Below are positions 7,154-16,222 of a DNA stretch of 27,196 bases, in pieces (position 1 is the stretch's first letter; each line of letters starts with the position of its first letter). Position numbers and translations under genes: made by a program. Origin of the DNA: Verrucomicrobiota bacterium (lineage in GTDB: Bacteria > Verrucomicrobiota > Verrucomicrobiia > Limisphaerales > UBA9464). Location of the stretch: positions 1 through 27,196 of the forward strand of contig CANGMO010000001.1 in NCBI GenBank assembly GCA_947454295.1. The letters are read 5' to 3'. The notes under the pieces are model-generated. The model was given only the letters and a program-made list of their open reading frames with translations. It did no database searches and was not told where the DNA came from.

Positions 7154-7997
7154 GCTGATCGACCGCCGTCGCACGACGGTCTGCGGCGCCACGGGACGGC
7201 GTCGGCAACACGCGAAAATGATCCTGATCAATCCGCGTGCGAACGTGGAATCCGGTGAATAGCTTCCTGCCGATGGCGAGGCTGCTGAAGTGGGTGTTGA
7301 ACCAGAACCCATCCGCATGACGCTCTCGTTCGAGGTCGAATTCCATCCGCTCCACGGTGGCGACAATGCCACCCACCAGCGATAGCGGCTGCTCCAGATG
7401 GGCGTCGAGCTTCACGAGTTCGAACTCCTCGGCATCGATCCAGAGCCGGCCGGTCAGCCGGTTTAGGGCCCGGTCCGCCGTCTCCTTCACCTCGAGTCCC
7501 GGCTTGGGTGCGAACCGCAGCAGGTATGCCGGGCGGCCGTGGATGAGTTCCACCCCGTTGGTCGAAAAGTGATAGCGGTGAACGATGCGTTCATCAATGA
7601 AGTCGGGCCCCTGCGACTTCGCCTTGTCCTGGCGTTCGCCGTACTTCTTTTTCATCTCCGACTCCTTGGTGGTCTCGCGCCGGGCTTCGCGATCATTGGG
7701 CAGCCGGCCGTCAACACGCAGCAGGTGCAGCTTCTGCCTGGCCCCGATCAACTCGACCTCAAACTCGCGCGACTTGCGCTCCTTCAGCTTGCCGTCCGAT
7801 CCCATCTCCTCCGTTGTGGTGATGCGAACACACGCATGGTGCTGGGCGGCGATGCGGTCCGGGGTCCCGCGGCTGCGCTCCAGGAATCGGTTGAGGATTT
7901 CCTCGGTCCCCAGAGGCGGCGGCTCCGCGCCAAAAGCAGTCGCCACACCCATCAACGACAGCCAGCAGGCAAGAATCCGGGACGGAAGGTTGGACAT
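7143..7997 (-). CDS. Hypothetical exported protein, predicted beta-rich (possibly LolA/MucB-like fold), ~284 aa
   Basis: Signal-peptide-like start (MSNLPSRILACWLSLMGVATAFG), followed by alternating beta-strand patterns: YLLRFAPKP, LTGRLWIDAEEFELVKLDA, FWFNTHFSS. The fold is a guess. Confidence 0.65.
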   Translation of the reverse strand: MSNLPSRILACWLSLMGVATAFGAEPPPLGTEEILNRFLERSRGTPDRIAAQHHACVRITTTEEMGSDGKLKERKSREFEVELIGARQKLHLLRVDGRLPNDREARRETTKESEMKKKYGERQDKAKSQGPDFIDERIVHRYHFSTNGVELIHGRPAYLLRFAPKPGLEVKETADRALNRLTGRLWIDAEEFELVKLDAHLEQPLSLVGGIVATVERMEFDLERERHADGFWFNTHFSSLAIGRKLFTGFHVRTRIDQDHFRVLPTPSRGAADRRATAVDQPAP

Positions 7998-8056
7998 CGA
8001 CCCTACCCCTAGCGTGGGAGGCACGGGACGTCAAACCACGACACGGCAACACTCAC

Positions 8057-9262
8057 TTAGGGAGCGGGTGGCAGGTCCTGCAGCGGGTCGAAGGGCGGCA
8101 CGTGGAAGGTTCCGTTCAGCCAGTCGGAACGGAGATGCCGCCACGCGGAAATCCCGCGCGCTCCCAGCAGGCCCTCCGCGGTGGCGCTGACGGAGTCCCG
8201 AACGCCGATCATCCTGGATTCACGCTCGTCCACCGGCAGATTCGTGTTCGAGGCGAGCTCGCGCACCGCATTCTCGGCAGACCGCTCTGCTTCCCACAGG
8301 TCGAGGGTCTTTTCGGGCGGAATCCCGGCGCGTCGGCCCAGCTCGCTGAGCTGTCTGTAGTTGGGATCCTGCGTGCGCTCAAACTCTGCGGCACGATCGT
8401 CGCCCAGCAACCGCTTCAGTCCAGCCGTTCGCGCCGATCCATTCGCGTCCTGCGAGGTTCGGTCGTAAAGGTCCACAATTGCCTGCATCTCCGATTCACG
8501 CAGGTCCATGGCCTCCTGCAGGCGGAGCGATGCGTGGCCGGAGTTTCGACGCTGGTATTCGGCCGCCTGATCCGCGGGAATCAGGTTCGACAGTTCTTCC
8601 GCGTATTGGGCCTCAAGCGCCGCAAACACCACCGCACGATTGGTTCCCCGGCCGTCGGGGGAATTCGCCCAATCCCGGATTCGCTCCTGATGCCGTCGAC
8701 TGGCCTCCTGCACCGCCGATTGCACGTCCGCCGGCATGAACTGCGCCGCGGGATCCTCGCCGACCGGCTCCACCACGGAGGCCTCGGAGAGCCTCCCCAG
8801 CAAGTCCCCCTGCGCCCGCTGATGCTCCTGCTTGAGCCGTTCGCTGAACGCCCGGAATTCATCCATGGTTTTCTGGGAGCCCCCCGACAACCGCTCCCAG
8901 AAGGACGTCGTCCAGGGCGCGAGCTCCCGGCGACACCGCTCCTGAAACTGTCGGAACAAAATCGGGGAGAGGATTTCGCGAATGGTGGGATCGGGACATC
9001 CGATCGCCCGCAATCCGTCCCGGTAGGCGGGCAGCGGATCCTGGACAAGCTGACTCCAGTTCCACGGAGCGGATGCCACAGGAATGGCGGCCGACTCAAC
9101 CCCTTCCGTTGCGGGTTGATCGCGGCCCCCTGATTGCAGTTCAACCTTCTGCGTCACGCCAAGTGGCAACTCGAGCGGCTTCGGACGAAACGTCAGGGCC
9201 AGCGCCAGAAGCAGCACCAGATTCAGGGCCAGCGATGCTGGCAGTGAGGCACGGAGAGTCAT
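8057..9262 (-). CDS. Hypothetical membrane-anchored alpha-helical protein, 'LRxxGCP' paralogue 2 (~401 aa)
   Basis: N-terminal TM segment SLALNLVLLLAL; motif WSQLVQDPLPAYRDGLRAIGCPDPTIREIL. The ATG at 9260-9262 overlaps the upstream TGA (ATGA overlap). Confidence 0.8.
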   Translation of the reverse strand: MTLRASLPASLALNLVLLLALALTFRPKPLELPLGVTQKVELQSGGRDQPATEGVESAAIPVASAPWNWSQLVQDPLPAYRDGLRAIGCPDPTIREILSPILFRQFQERCRRELAPWTTSFWERLSGGSQKTMDEFRAFSERLKQEHQRAQGDLLGRLSEASVVEPVGEDPAAQFMPADVQSAVQEASRRHQERIRDWANSPDGRGTNRAVVFAALEAQYAEELSNLIPADQAAEYQRRNSGHASLRLQEAMDLRESEMQAIVDLYDRTSQDANGSARTAGLKRLLGDDRAAEFERTQDPNYRQLSELGRRAGIPPEKTLDLWEAERSAENAVRELASNTNLPVDERESRMIGVRDSVSATAEGLLGARGISAWRHLRSDWLNGTFHVPPFDPLQDLPPAP

Positions 9263-10512
9263 CGTTTCCTCCATGCAGCGCGGATCGCCTCGTCGACGGC
9301 CATTTGGGCCATCCCCTTCCGCTCCCCTTCAGGAATTCCAGCGAGCAGCGCTTCCAATCGGCCTCGTTGTGCAGCCCGCCATGCCATCAGGGTTCGCCGC
9401 GCCTCGTCGGGATTGGCATCCCAGGTCGTGCGAATCGGAGCGAGATCCGCCGCGAATCCGGTGGCGATCTCATAGGTCTGGTCCGCGAGTTCAACCGGCA
9501 GCTTTGCGGCGTTCGCCAACGCCTCGACACGCAGATGAACCGGATCCTTGAGTCTCTGATACAGGGCGAATCGGGCGTCCCCCAGCAGCGCCCTCAGGGC
9601 TGGCTCCACATCCTCCTCGCTGGAGCGTGGGGGATCCATGCGCCGGTCCGCACGGAACAACTCCTCCAACATGCTGCCCTCAATGCGCGATTGAATCCGG
9701 ACAAACTCCTTCATCTCAGTTGCGGTCAAGTGGAGTCGTCCAAGGTCCTCGCCGCCGGATAGTCCTGAAACCCGCAACAGGGACAGCCGAAGGTCCAGTT
9801 CCCGCCGTTCAGCGCGAGTAAGCATCTGATCCAACCTCGAACGAATCTCATCCACCGATCGCTTCTCCGCCTGAAGATCCTCCGCGAGTCCCATCATCGG
9901 AATGGGGTCGTCGCCGGTCAGCTCCCGACGCGACTCCTGTTCCAGCGCAAACTGCAACAGCGCCTGCTGCTTTACGGGTCCGAGGAACCCGGAGAAGAAC
10001 TCGATGAGGGCGAAGACCTCCAGGTCGCGTTCGCCTTCCTTGAAGTCGAACCCACAGGTGAGCGCCCGAATCATTCCCACCTTGTCGTCGGACAGCGCGC
10101 GAAGCGCCGCCGTATGGCGCTCCCGCAGCGCCGCGCGGGCCCGGCCAGTGACCCAAAAGGAATCCTTCCTTCCAATTTCGCCACGGCGCCGGTCAAACCA
10201 TCGGTTCACCGCCGGCAGGACCAGATCGCAAACCGTTTGTTCGGGGCATCCGGCGTTCCGAAGATTCTCTGCCAGAATGCGGGGATCGTCTGACTGGAGT
10301 CCCGACCACGGTGTGGTCCGTATGCGGGTTCGGCTCGGTCCCGCTCCGGATGAGTCGGAAGTTGAACGGGAGGAGGCCATCGCTCCCGACGCTGGAACTG
10401 CTTTGGGCCCGGCTGCGCCGCCGGAGGCCACCCTCCATCCCCACGCCGCGGCCAGCGCAATCCCCAGCAGGAGATTGAGACCAAGGCTGGCCCGCAACAC
10501 ACGCCGGCGCAT
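9259..10512 (-). CDS. Hypothetical membrane-anchored alpha-helical protein, 'LRxxGCP' paralogue 1 (~417 aa)
   Basis: MRRRVLRASLGLNLLLGIALAAAW (TM), an Ala/Ser/Pro-rich linker, then WSGLQSDDPRILAENLRNAGCPEQTVCDLV. GTG 10557 is an alternative start. Confidence 0.8.
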   Translation of the reverse strand: MRRRVLRASLGLNLLLGIALAAAWGWRVASGGAAGPKAVPASGAMASSRSTSDSSGAGPSRTRIRTTPWSGLQSDDPRILAENLRNAGCPEQTVCDLVLPAVNRWFDRRRGEIGRKDSFWVTGRARAALRERHTAALRALSDDKVGMIRALTCGFDFKEGERDLEVFALIEFFSGFLGPVKQQALLQFALEQESRRELTGDDPIPMMGLAEDLQAEKRSVDEIRSRLDQMLTRAERRELDLRLSLLRVSGLSGGEDLGRLHLTATEMKEFVRIQSRIEGSMLEELFRADRRMDPPRSSEEDVEPALRALLGDARFALYQRLKDPVHLRVEALANAAKLPVELADQTYEIATGFAADLAPIRTTWDANPDEARRTLMAWRAAQRGRLEALLAGIPEGERKGMAQMAVDEAIRAAWRKR

Positions 10513-10668
10513 GGGATCGCGCGACGCGGTTTTGGCAGGCGGTAACTCCTCGGGCACCCCCCGCCCATGCCCCCATTTGCTCCCGATGGCAAGGCCGCAG
10601 TCCGGTCCCCGGGCTGCACGGATTCAACGTTGAAGAACCAGCGCGTCGGAGCACTGTGCAAGCTACCG

Positions 10669-10696
10669 TTGGCAAATGCCGATTCTCCTCTAACGT
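10669..10696 (+). promoter_or_regulatory. Possible sigma-70 promoter of tal (would give a nearly leaderless mRNA)
   Basis: TTGGCA-N16-TAACGT ends 9 nt before the tal ATG at 10706. Confidence 0.3.
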
Positions 10697-10705
10697 CTTA
10701 GCGCC

Positions 10706-11671
10706 ATGGCCGATCTTCTTTCACAGCTCAAACAGCACAGCGTCGTCGTCGCCGACACCGGTGACTTCGGATCCATCCGCAAGTACCAGCCGCGCGACGC
10801 CACCACCAATCCCAGCCTGATCCTCAAGGCGGCGACCATGCCGGAGTACGCCGAGCTGGTGGATCGCGTGGTGCGTGAGGCACGCGCCGAAGCACCCGCG
10901 GCATCCGCCACCCTGGGACTCGCCATGGACAAGCTGGCCGTGGCCTTCGGTCTGGAGATCCTGAAGATCGTTCCCAACCGGGTCTCCACCGAGGTCGACG
11001 CACGCCTCTCCTTCAACACCGCCGCCAGCGTGGCCAAGGCCCGCGAACTCATCGCCCGCTACGAGGCCGCCGGGATTCCGCGTGAGCGCATCCTGGTCAA
11101 ACTCGCCTCCACCTGGGAGGGAATCCAGGCCGCGGCGGCGCTGAAGGCGGATGGCATCCGCTGCAACCTCACCCTGCTCTTCTCCTTCGCCCAGGCCGTC
11201 GCCTGCGCTGAAGCAGGCGTGCAGCTGATTTCCCCGTTCGTTGGACGCATTCTCGACTGGCACAAGAAGGCCACCGGGATCGCCGCGTATGCGCCCGCCG
11301 AGGATCCCGGTGTGAAATCCGTCACCCGCATCTACGCCTACTACAAGAAATTTGGCTACTCGACCGAAGTGATGGGCGCCTCGTTTCGAAACAAGGACGA
11401 GATCCTCGAACTCGCCGGATGCGACCTGCTGACCATCGCCCCCGCGCTGCTGGAAGAACTGCAGTCCAACCAGGGCGAGGTGCCGGCAAAACTCACCCCG
11501 GCCGCCGCAGCGGCGCTCCCACTGGAGAAGATCCAGCTCAGCGAGGCGGCATTCCGCTGGCAGCACAACGAGGATGCGATGGCCACCGAGAAGCTGTCGG
11601 AGGGCATCCGTCTGTTCGCCGCCGATTCAATCAAGCTGGAGACGTTCCTCGCCGCCAAATTGGCGGCATGA
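10706..11671 (+). CDS. tal: Transaldolase (long, TalB-type)
   Basis: [44 protein letters not shown] (Schiff-base Lys), [34 protein letters not shown]. Confidence 0.97.
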   Translation: MADLLSQLKQHSVVVADTGDFGSIRKYQPRDATTNPSLILKAATMPEYAELVDRVVREARAEAPAASATLGLAMDKLAVAFGLEILKIVPNRVSTEVDARLSFNTAASVAKARELIARYEAAGIPRERILVKLASTWEGIQAAAALKADGIRCNLTLLFSFAQAVACAEAGVQLISPFVGRILDWHKKATGIAAYAPAEDPGVKSVTRIYAYYKKFGYSTEVMGASFRNKDEILELAGCDLLTIAPALLEELQSNQGEVPAKLTPAAAAALPLEKIQLSEAAFRWQHNEDAMATEKLSEGIRLFAADSIKLETFLAAKLAA

Positions 11672-11684
11672 CTCCCGTCAGCAA

Positions 11685-12281
11685 ATGAACCCCCCGGTCT
11701 GGCCTCCCCGTCTGCGACCTGACTCGGTCGGATTCGACGAAGCCGGACTTCGCTTTCAGCCGCTCGGACGCCGCGACGCACCCGAGCTGTTGGAGCTGGC
11801 CCGGGATTCCGCAGCGGAGATTTCGCACTGGATGCGCTGGACCGATGCCGTCGTCGACCTCACCACGGCGGCGGCGCGGATCGCCGTTTGGGAAGAGGAG
11901 TGGGATCGCGGCGAGATGTACGCCTTCGCGGCTTTCGATGCCACCTCAGGCCGGATGGTGGGCGGCGGCGGCCTGGGACAGTTCAATGCGCGGAATCGCT
12001 TCGGCAATCTGGCGTATTGGGTGCGAACGCCCGATCGCGGGCGCGGCTACGGCCCCCGCATCGCGAGGGCCCTGTCGCGCTTCGGGATCCATGCACTAGG
12101 CATGCTCCGCGTGGAGATCCTGATGGAACCCGGCAACACCGCCAGTCGGCGCGTGGCGGAAAAGGCGGGCGCCGTCAGCGAGGGCACCCTCCGGCAGCGC
12201 ATTCTCAACCGCGATCCCCGCACTGCACTGCTTTTCTCCATCATCCCATCGGACCTCGAAGTACCCGCCGCGTGGGAATAG
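11685..12281 (+). CDS. GNAT family N-acetyltransferase (RimJ/RimL type), ~198 aa
   Basis: Start moved to ATG 11685, 13 nt after the tal stop. Motifs: GNLAYWVRTPDRGRGYG, RVEILMEPGNTASRRVAEKAG, EGTLR. Confidence 0.88.
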   Translation: MNPPVWPPRLRPDSVGFDEAGLRFQPLGRRDAPELLELARDSAAEISHWMRWTDAVVDLTTAAARIAVWEEEWDRGEMYAFAAFDATSGRMVGGGGLGQFNARNRFGNLAYWVRTPDRGRGYGPRIARALSRFGIHALGMLRVEILMEPGNTASRRVAEKAGAVSEGTLRQRILNRDPRTALLFSIIPSDLEVPAAWE

Positions 12282-12284
12282 GGC

Positions 12285-12300
12285 GAGTTGAACTCAACTC
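12285..12300. terminator. Hairpin filling the gap between convergent genes
   Basis: GAGTTG-AACT-CAACTC is a perfect 6-bp stem in the 19-bp gap between the GNAT and PPC stop codons. There is no U-tract. Confidence 0.35.
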
Positions 12301-14733
12301 TCACTTCGCTGCAGCAGTCGTGGTTGGCGCGGCTGGCGCCGAGGTGGATGCAGCCGCTGGCGCAACGGGCTCCTTCTCCGGGGCGGTGACCTGGAGCGTG
12401 ACCTTCTGCGTGGGCTGATGCCAGATGCGGTCCCCGGCGGTGAACCTACCCACGACCGAAAAGGTGTGTTCCTTGATCGCGACCTTCTCGGAGGCCGCCA
12501 GGCGAATGGTTGCCATCTTCGAACCCTCCGCGAGCGGCTCGATCGTGGCGGCGACGCCATCGGGCAGACCCTCCAACTTCAATTCAATGGCGCCATTGTA
12601 CGAACGGCGTTCGACCTTCACCACGAACTCGGTGAGTCGGGCCGGGGACTCCGAACTGGCGGGAAGCGCAATGACGGACAGCTTCACCGGATCGGTTCGG
12701 AAGAACGGGGATCCCGGAAGCATGGCGGTGAGGAACACGGGAATTGGCGTCACCATCACCGGAATCGATCCCTCGGCAACGGTGGTTGCCGCCTGACCGT
12801 TCACCGAGGCTTCCCCGCGAACCTGCAGCGAGCGGATCGTCGCCTCCGCATTGTACGACGCCGACAGCGCGAGCGTGGCCTGCGAAGCGTCCCCGGCAAC
12901 AGTGATCGCCGGGATGGAGACGCCCGGCAGATCCTCGGCAATCACCTTCACCTCGCCGGTGAACCCCGGGTGCCGCAGCACTTGAACTTCAACGGAGCCA
13001 GAACTGTTTTGCTGCAGCGTCAGCGAGGGGGTGACCGTTTCCACCGAAAATGGCAGGGCGGGCAACACGCTGAGGAAACCCGCCGAGGGCAGCGACGCGG
13101 CATGCTGGATTCGACGGCTTCCTGCCTCCCGGGCCACCGACTCGGCCTGGGGCGCCAGCGCATGATGACCCGGCAGCGCGGCAGGCTCCGCGGAGAAGAC
13201 GAGCCAGCCCGACTGCGGGCCGTCCGGACCAATCACCAGCGTCCGCGCACTCACGCCCGGGGGAAGCGCGCCTCCGGTGATTCGAATCGCCCCGTTAAAT
13301 CCGTTGATTCGATCCACCTCGCACCGCACGGCCACGTGCCCACCGGCGGGAAGGCGGATCCGATCCTGGGTCAGCCGCACCGCGAAGTCGGGCGAGAGAT
13401 CCGGCGCCTGAATCGCAAGCCGGTAGCCGAAGGCCTCGCCCCCGCGATCGGTAAGATCCCGCAGCGAGAGCAGATACTCGGTGCCCTTGCGCGCGTCGAA
13501 CTCGATGCGTGCATCGGGTCCCGCGGCGTCGTCATTGCGCTGCAGCACCGCTCCCTTCGCATCGCTGAGGGTCAGCATCGCATCGAGCGGCGACCCCAGC
13601 CGGCGCGCCCGCACCTCCGCCACCAGCTTGCCATCCGCGGGAGCCGTCACTCGAAATGTATCCACATCGCCCGCAGCACCGATCCGGCCATTGAGAACCA
13701 CCGGCGCCGTCACCGCCATCGCGTTGGTCGGGCCGTTGTTGGGTTCCACTTCCAGCAGTTCCGGAAGATCACCCGTTTCAAAGGAAAGCGGATTGGACGA
13801 GCCACGCGCGGTCCGGATGCGAATGTCCTGCGCGCCGGCGGGCGCCTTGGAATCGATGGCGATGGTGAGCTTGTCCTGACCGTCGAGGTTCACACCCGTG
13901 AGCGCCACGTCGACCGACGTGCCGCGCCGACCGCCGTAGGGAAACCGCCGTTCCAAATAGGGCAGCCCACCGGCAACGATGCGGTAGGAGTAGTTGCCAC
14001 CACCTTGAAACCGGAGATCGGAAATACGCAGCACGAACTCCCCATCCGACTTCGGGGTAAACTCAATAAAGGGATCAAGCCCGTGGGCGTCTTCGCTGCG
14101 GGCGAGCTCCGTGCCCGTGGCATCCAGCAGCACCAGCGTCGCATCGAGCGGCGATCCGGTTCGGTTCGCCTGAACATCGAAGAGCAGCCGGTCCCCGGAC
14201 TTGGCTTGGAATCGGAAATAGTCGCTCTCCGCCGCGGCCCGGATGACCCCGGAAACGCCGGCCGGCAGTGTGATGCGTTGGGCCTCGGCGAGGGAGTGAT
14301 TGGGATCCCGTTCCTGGATTTCAGGCAGGTCGCTCACCTGAAGGATGACCGGATTGGAAACGCCGTTGGTCGTGGCGATGCGCAGCTCTCGCGACCCCAG
14401 CGGGGCGGCGGCGTCGAGCCTCCACTGAAGCGTGACGCTCTTGGCGTCGCCGACTGCGGGGGTGCCGAGCGACAACCCGCCGCGCGAAGACTCCAGGGTC
14501 ACGGCCGCACTGCCCATCGCCTTCGGTGCCGCACCACCCAGCACGCCGGACGCACCCGAACCCGAGACGAAGACCGCGCTCGCACCGCCGAGGGCGTCGC
14601 CGGTGAGCGTGATCTGCTGGGTGGTGCCACGTTGGAACCAGATCCAGGCCGGAGTGTCGATCCGCGGCGCCGGCTGCGCCACGAGGGATCCGAGTCCTGT
14701 CGACAGGACGGCAAGCAGGGCGGGAAAACGCAC
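12301..14733 (-). CDS. Secreted protein with pre-peptidase C-terminal (PPC) domains and Ig-like repeats, PVC-type, ~810 aa
   Basis: Start set at GTG 14733 (MRFPALLAVLSTGLGSLVA, signal-like) because the longer ORF overlaps DUF1501. Two PPC-like units: ESDYFRF...GSPLDATLVLLD...EDAHGLDP and DVDTFRV...GSPLDAMLTLSD...NDDAAGPDA. E.EPN motifs; Ala/Pro/Thr-rich tail. No protease catalytic motif is visible. Confidence 0.85.
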   Translation of the reverse strand: MRFPALLAVLSTGLGSLVAQPAPRIDTPAWIWFQRGTTQQITLTGDALGGASAVFVSGSGASGVLGGAAPKAMGSAAVTLESSRGGLSLGTPAVGDAKSVTLQWRLDAAAPLGSRELRIATTNGVSNPVILQVSDLPEIQERDPNHSLAEAQRITLPAGVSGVIRAAAESDYFRFQAKSGDRLLFDVQANRTGSPLDATLVLLDATGTELARSEDAHGLDPFIEFTPKSDGEFVLRISDLRFQGGGNYSYRIVAGGLPYLERRFPYGGRRGTSVDVALTGVNLDGQDKLTIAIDSKAPAGAQDIRIRTARGSSNPLSFETGDLPELLEVEPNNGPTNAMAVTAPVVLNGRIGAAGDVDTFRVTAPADGKLVAEVRARRLGSPLDAMLTLSDAKGAVLQRNDDAAGPDARIEFDARKGTEYLLSLRDLTDRGGEAFGYRLAIQAPDLSPDFAVRLTQDRIRLPAGGHVAVRCEVDRINGFNGAIRITGGALPPGVSARTLVIGPDGPQSGWLVFSAEPAALPGHHALAPQAESVAREAGSRRIQHAASLPSAGFLSVLPALPFSVETVTPSLTLQQNSSGSVEVQVLRHPGFTGEVKVIAEDLPGVSIPAITVAGDASQATLALSASYNAEATIRSLQVRGEASVNGQAATTVAEGSIPVMVTPIPVFLTAMLPGSPFFRTDPVKLSVIALPASSESPARLTEFVVKVERRSYNGAIELKLEGLPDGVAATIEPLAEGSKMATIRLAASEKVAIKEHTFSVVGRFTAGDRIWHQPTQKVTLQVTAPEKEPVAPAAASTSAPAAPTTTAAAK

Positions 14734-14753
14734 AGGTTCGGAAGGCTTCGGGT

Positions 14754-16208
14754 TCAGGCAAACAGCCCGAGCACCGGCTCGGCCTGGACCAGTTCGCGGG
14801 GCTGGTTGAGGTGGTTCATCACCATGGTGTGGGGATCGATGCCCATCGCGTGGTAGATGGTCGCCACGATCTGCGTGGGATGAACGGCATTCTCCGCCGG
14901 GCTGCTGGCCGTGGCGTCCGACTTGCCGTAGAGCATCCCGCGTCCGACTCCGGCACCGGCGATGAACGCCGTGTAGCAATACGGCCAGTGATCACGCCCG
15001 TCCGGGGAATTGGTGTTGCCGCTGGTGCTGACACCGAGTCGCGGGCTGCGACCAAATTCGCCGAGGGCGACGATCAGTGTTTCCTTCAGCAGGCCGCGCT
15101 GATCCATGTCTTCGATGAGCGTGCTCAGACCGGAATCCAGCTTCGGGCAATGAAGATTGCGAAGCGGACCAAAATTGGCGGCGTGGGTGTCCCAGGCATC
15201 CACCGTGGGATCGCCGTTGGCCACCGCGGGCCAGTTCATCTGCACCACGCGCGTGCCTGCTTCGATGAGCCGGCGCGCCAGCAAACATCCCTGTCCAAAG
15301 GTGTGACGCCCGTACGCGTCGCGCAGCACATCGGGTTCCTTTGAGAGATCAAAGGCATCCCGCGCACGGCCGCTGCTCACCAAGTCGAAGGCCTTCTGAT
15401 AATAGGCGTCGAGCGCATACTTACCGACGGCCTTCTCCATATCGGGCATGGCGGCATCCACCTGCTTGAGCAGCGTGGCGCGACGGCCGAGACGTTCCTT
15501 GGAGACCTCCTTGCGCAGCGTGAGATCGGCCAGATTGATCTCCTTCGCCGGGTCCTGATAAAAATAATACGGGTCGAAGGCCGCGCCGAGAAATCCCGCG
15601 GTGCCACCCTTGCCGATGACGTTCGACTCCTGCAGCGGACGCGGGAGCATGACGAAGGGCAGCATGGGCACCTCGGGCGGACGCAGACGCGAGATCTGCG
15701 AGCCCAGATGCGGAAAGTCGTTCGGGGCGGGCGGCTCGAGCTGGCCCGACGGCGACACGCGATCAGGCGTGTAGCCGGTCATGATCTGGTAAATGGCCGC
15801 CGTGTGGTTGAAGAGACCCACCGGCGTGTAGCTCATGGAGCGAATGAGCGTGGCCTTGTCCATCTGCCGCGCCAGCTTGGGCATGACCTCGCTGAGCTGG
15901 ATGCCGGGCACCTTGGTGCGGATCGGCTTGAAGTCGCCGCGGATGTTGGAGGGCGCCTCGGGCTTGGGATCCCAGATGTCGATGTGGCTCGGGCCCCCCT
16001 GCAGATACAGAATGATCACCGACTTGGCCTTGCCCCAGCCGTTTTTCGGCGCACCCGATGCGGGACCCGCGGTCGGCGCCTGATCCGCCTGCAGGCGCAG
16101 GATGTCGGCAAGACTCAACCCCGCCAGCCCCGCGCCGCCGAGACGCAAAAACTCGCGACGACTAAAGCCATCACACGTGGCGCCGTACTGTCCGGGAATG
16201 GAGATCAT
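14754..16208 (-). CDS. DUF1501 domain-containing protein
   Basis: [10 protein letters not shown] (twin-arginine-like), [52 protein letters not shown]. Confidence 0.93.
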   Translation of the reverse strand: MISIPGQYGATCDGFSRREFLRLGGAGLAGLSLADILRLQADQAPTAGPASGAPKNGWGKAKSVIILYLQGGPSHIDIWDPKPEAPSNIRGDFKPIRTKVPGIQLSEVMPKLARQMDKATLIRSMSYTPVGLFNHTAAIYQIMTGYTPDRVSPSGQLEPPAPNDFPHLGSQISRLRPPEVPMLPFVMLPRPLQESNVIGKGGTAGFLGAAFDPYYFYQDPAKEINLADLTLRKEVSKERLGRRATLLKQVDAAMPDMEKAVGKYALDAYYQKAFDLVSSGRARDAFDLSKEPDVLRDAYGRHTFGQGCLLARRLIEAGTRVVQMNWPAVANGDPTVDAWDTHAANFGPLRNLHCPKLDSGLSTLIEDMDQRGLLKETLIVALGEFGRSPRLGVSTSGNTNSPDGRDHWPYCYTAFIAGAGVGRGMLYGKSDATASSPAENAVHPTQIVATIYHAMGIDPHTMVMNHLNQPRELVQAEPVLGLFA

Positions 16209-16222
16209 ACGAAATCAGAGGA

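Noticed and set aside
12301-14733. Calling the PPC protein a subtilase-type serine protease
   Set aside because: No S8 catalytic motifs are visible; only PPC and Ig-like modules.
12418-14856. 812-aa + strand ORF
   Set aside because: Antisense mirror of the PPC-domain gene, explained by codon bias on the coding strand.
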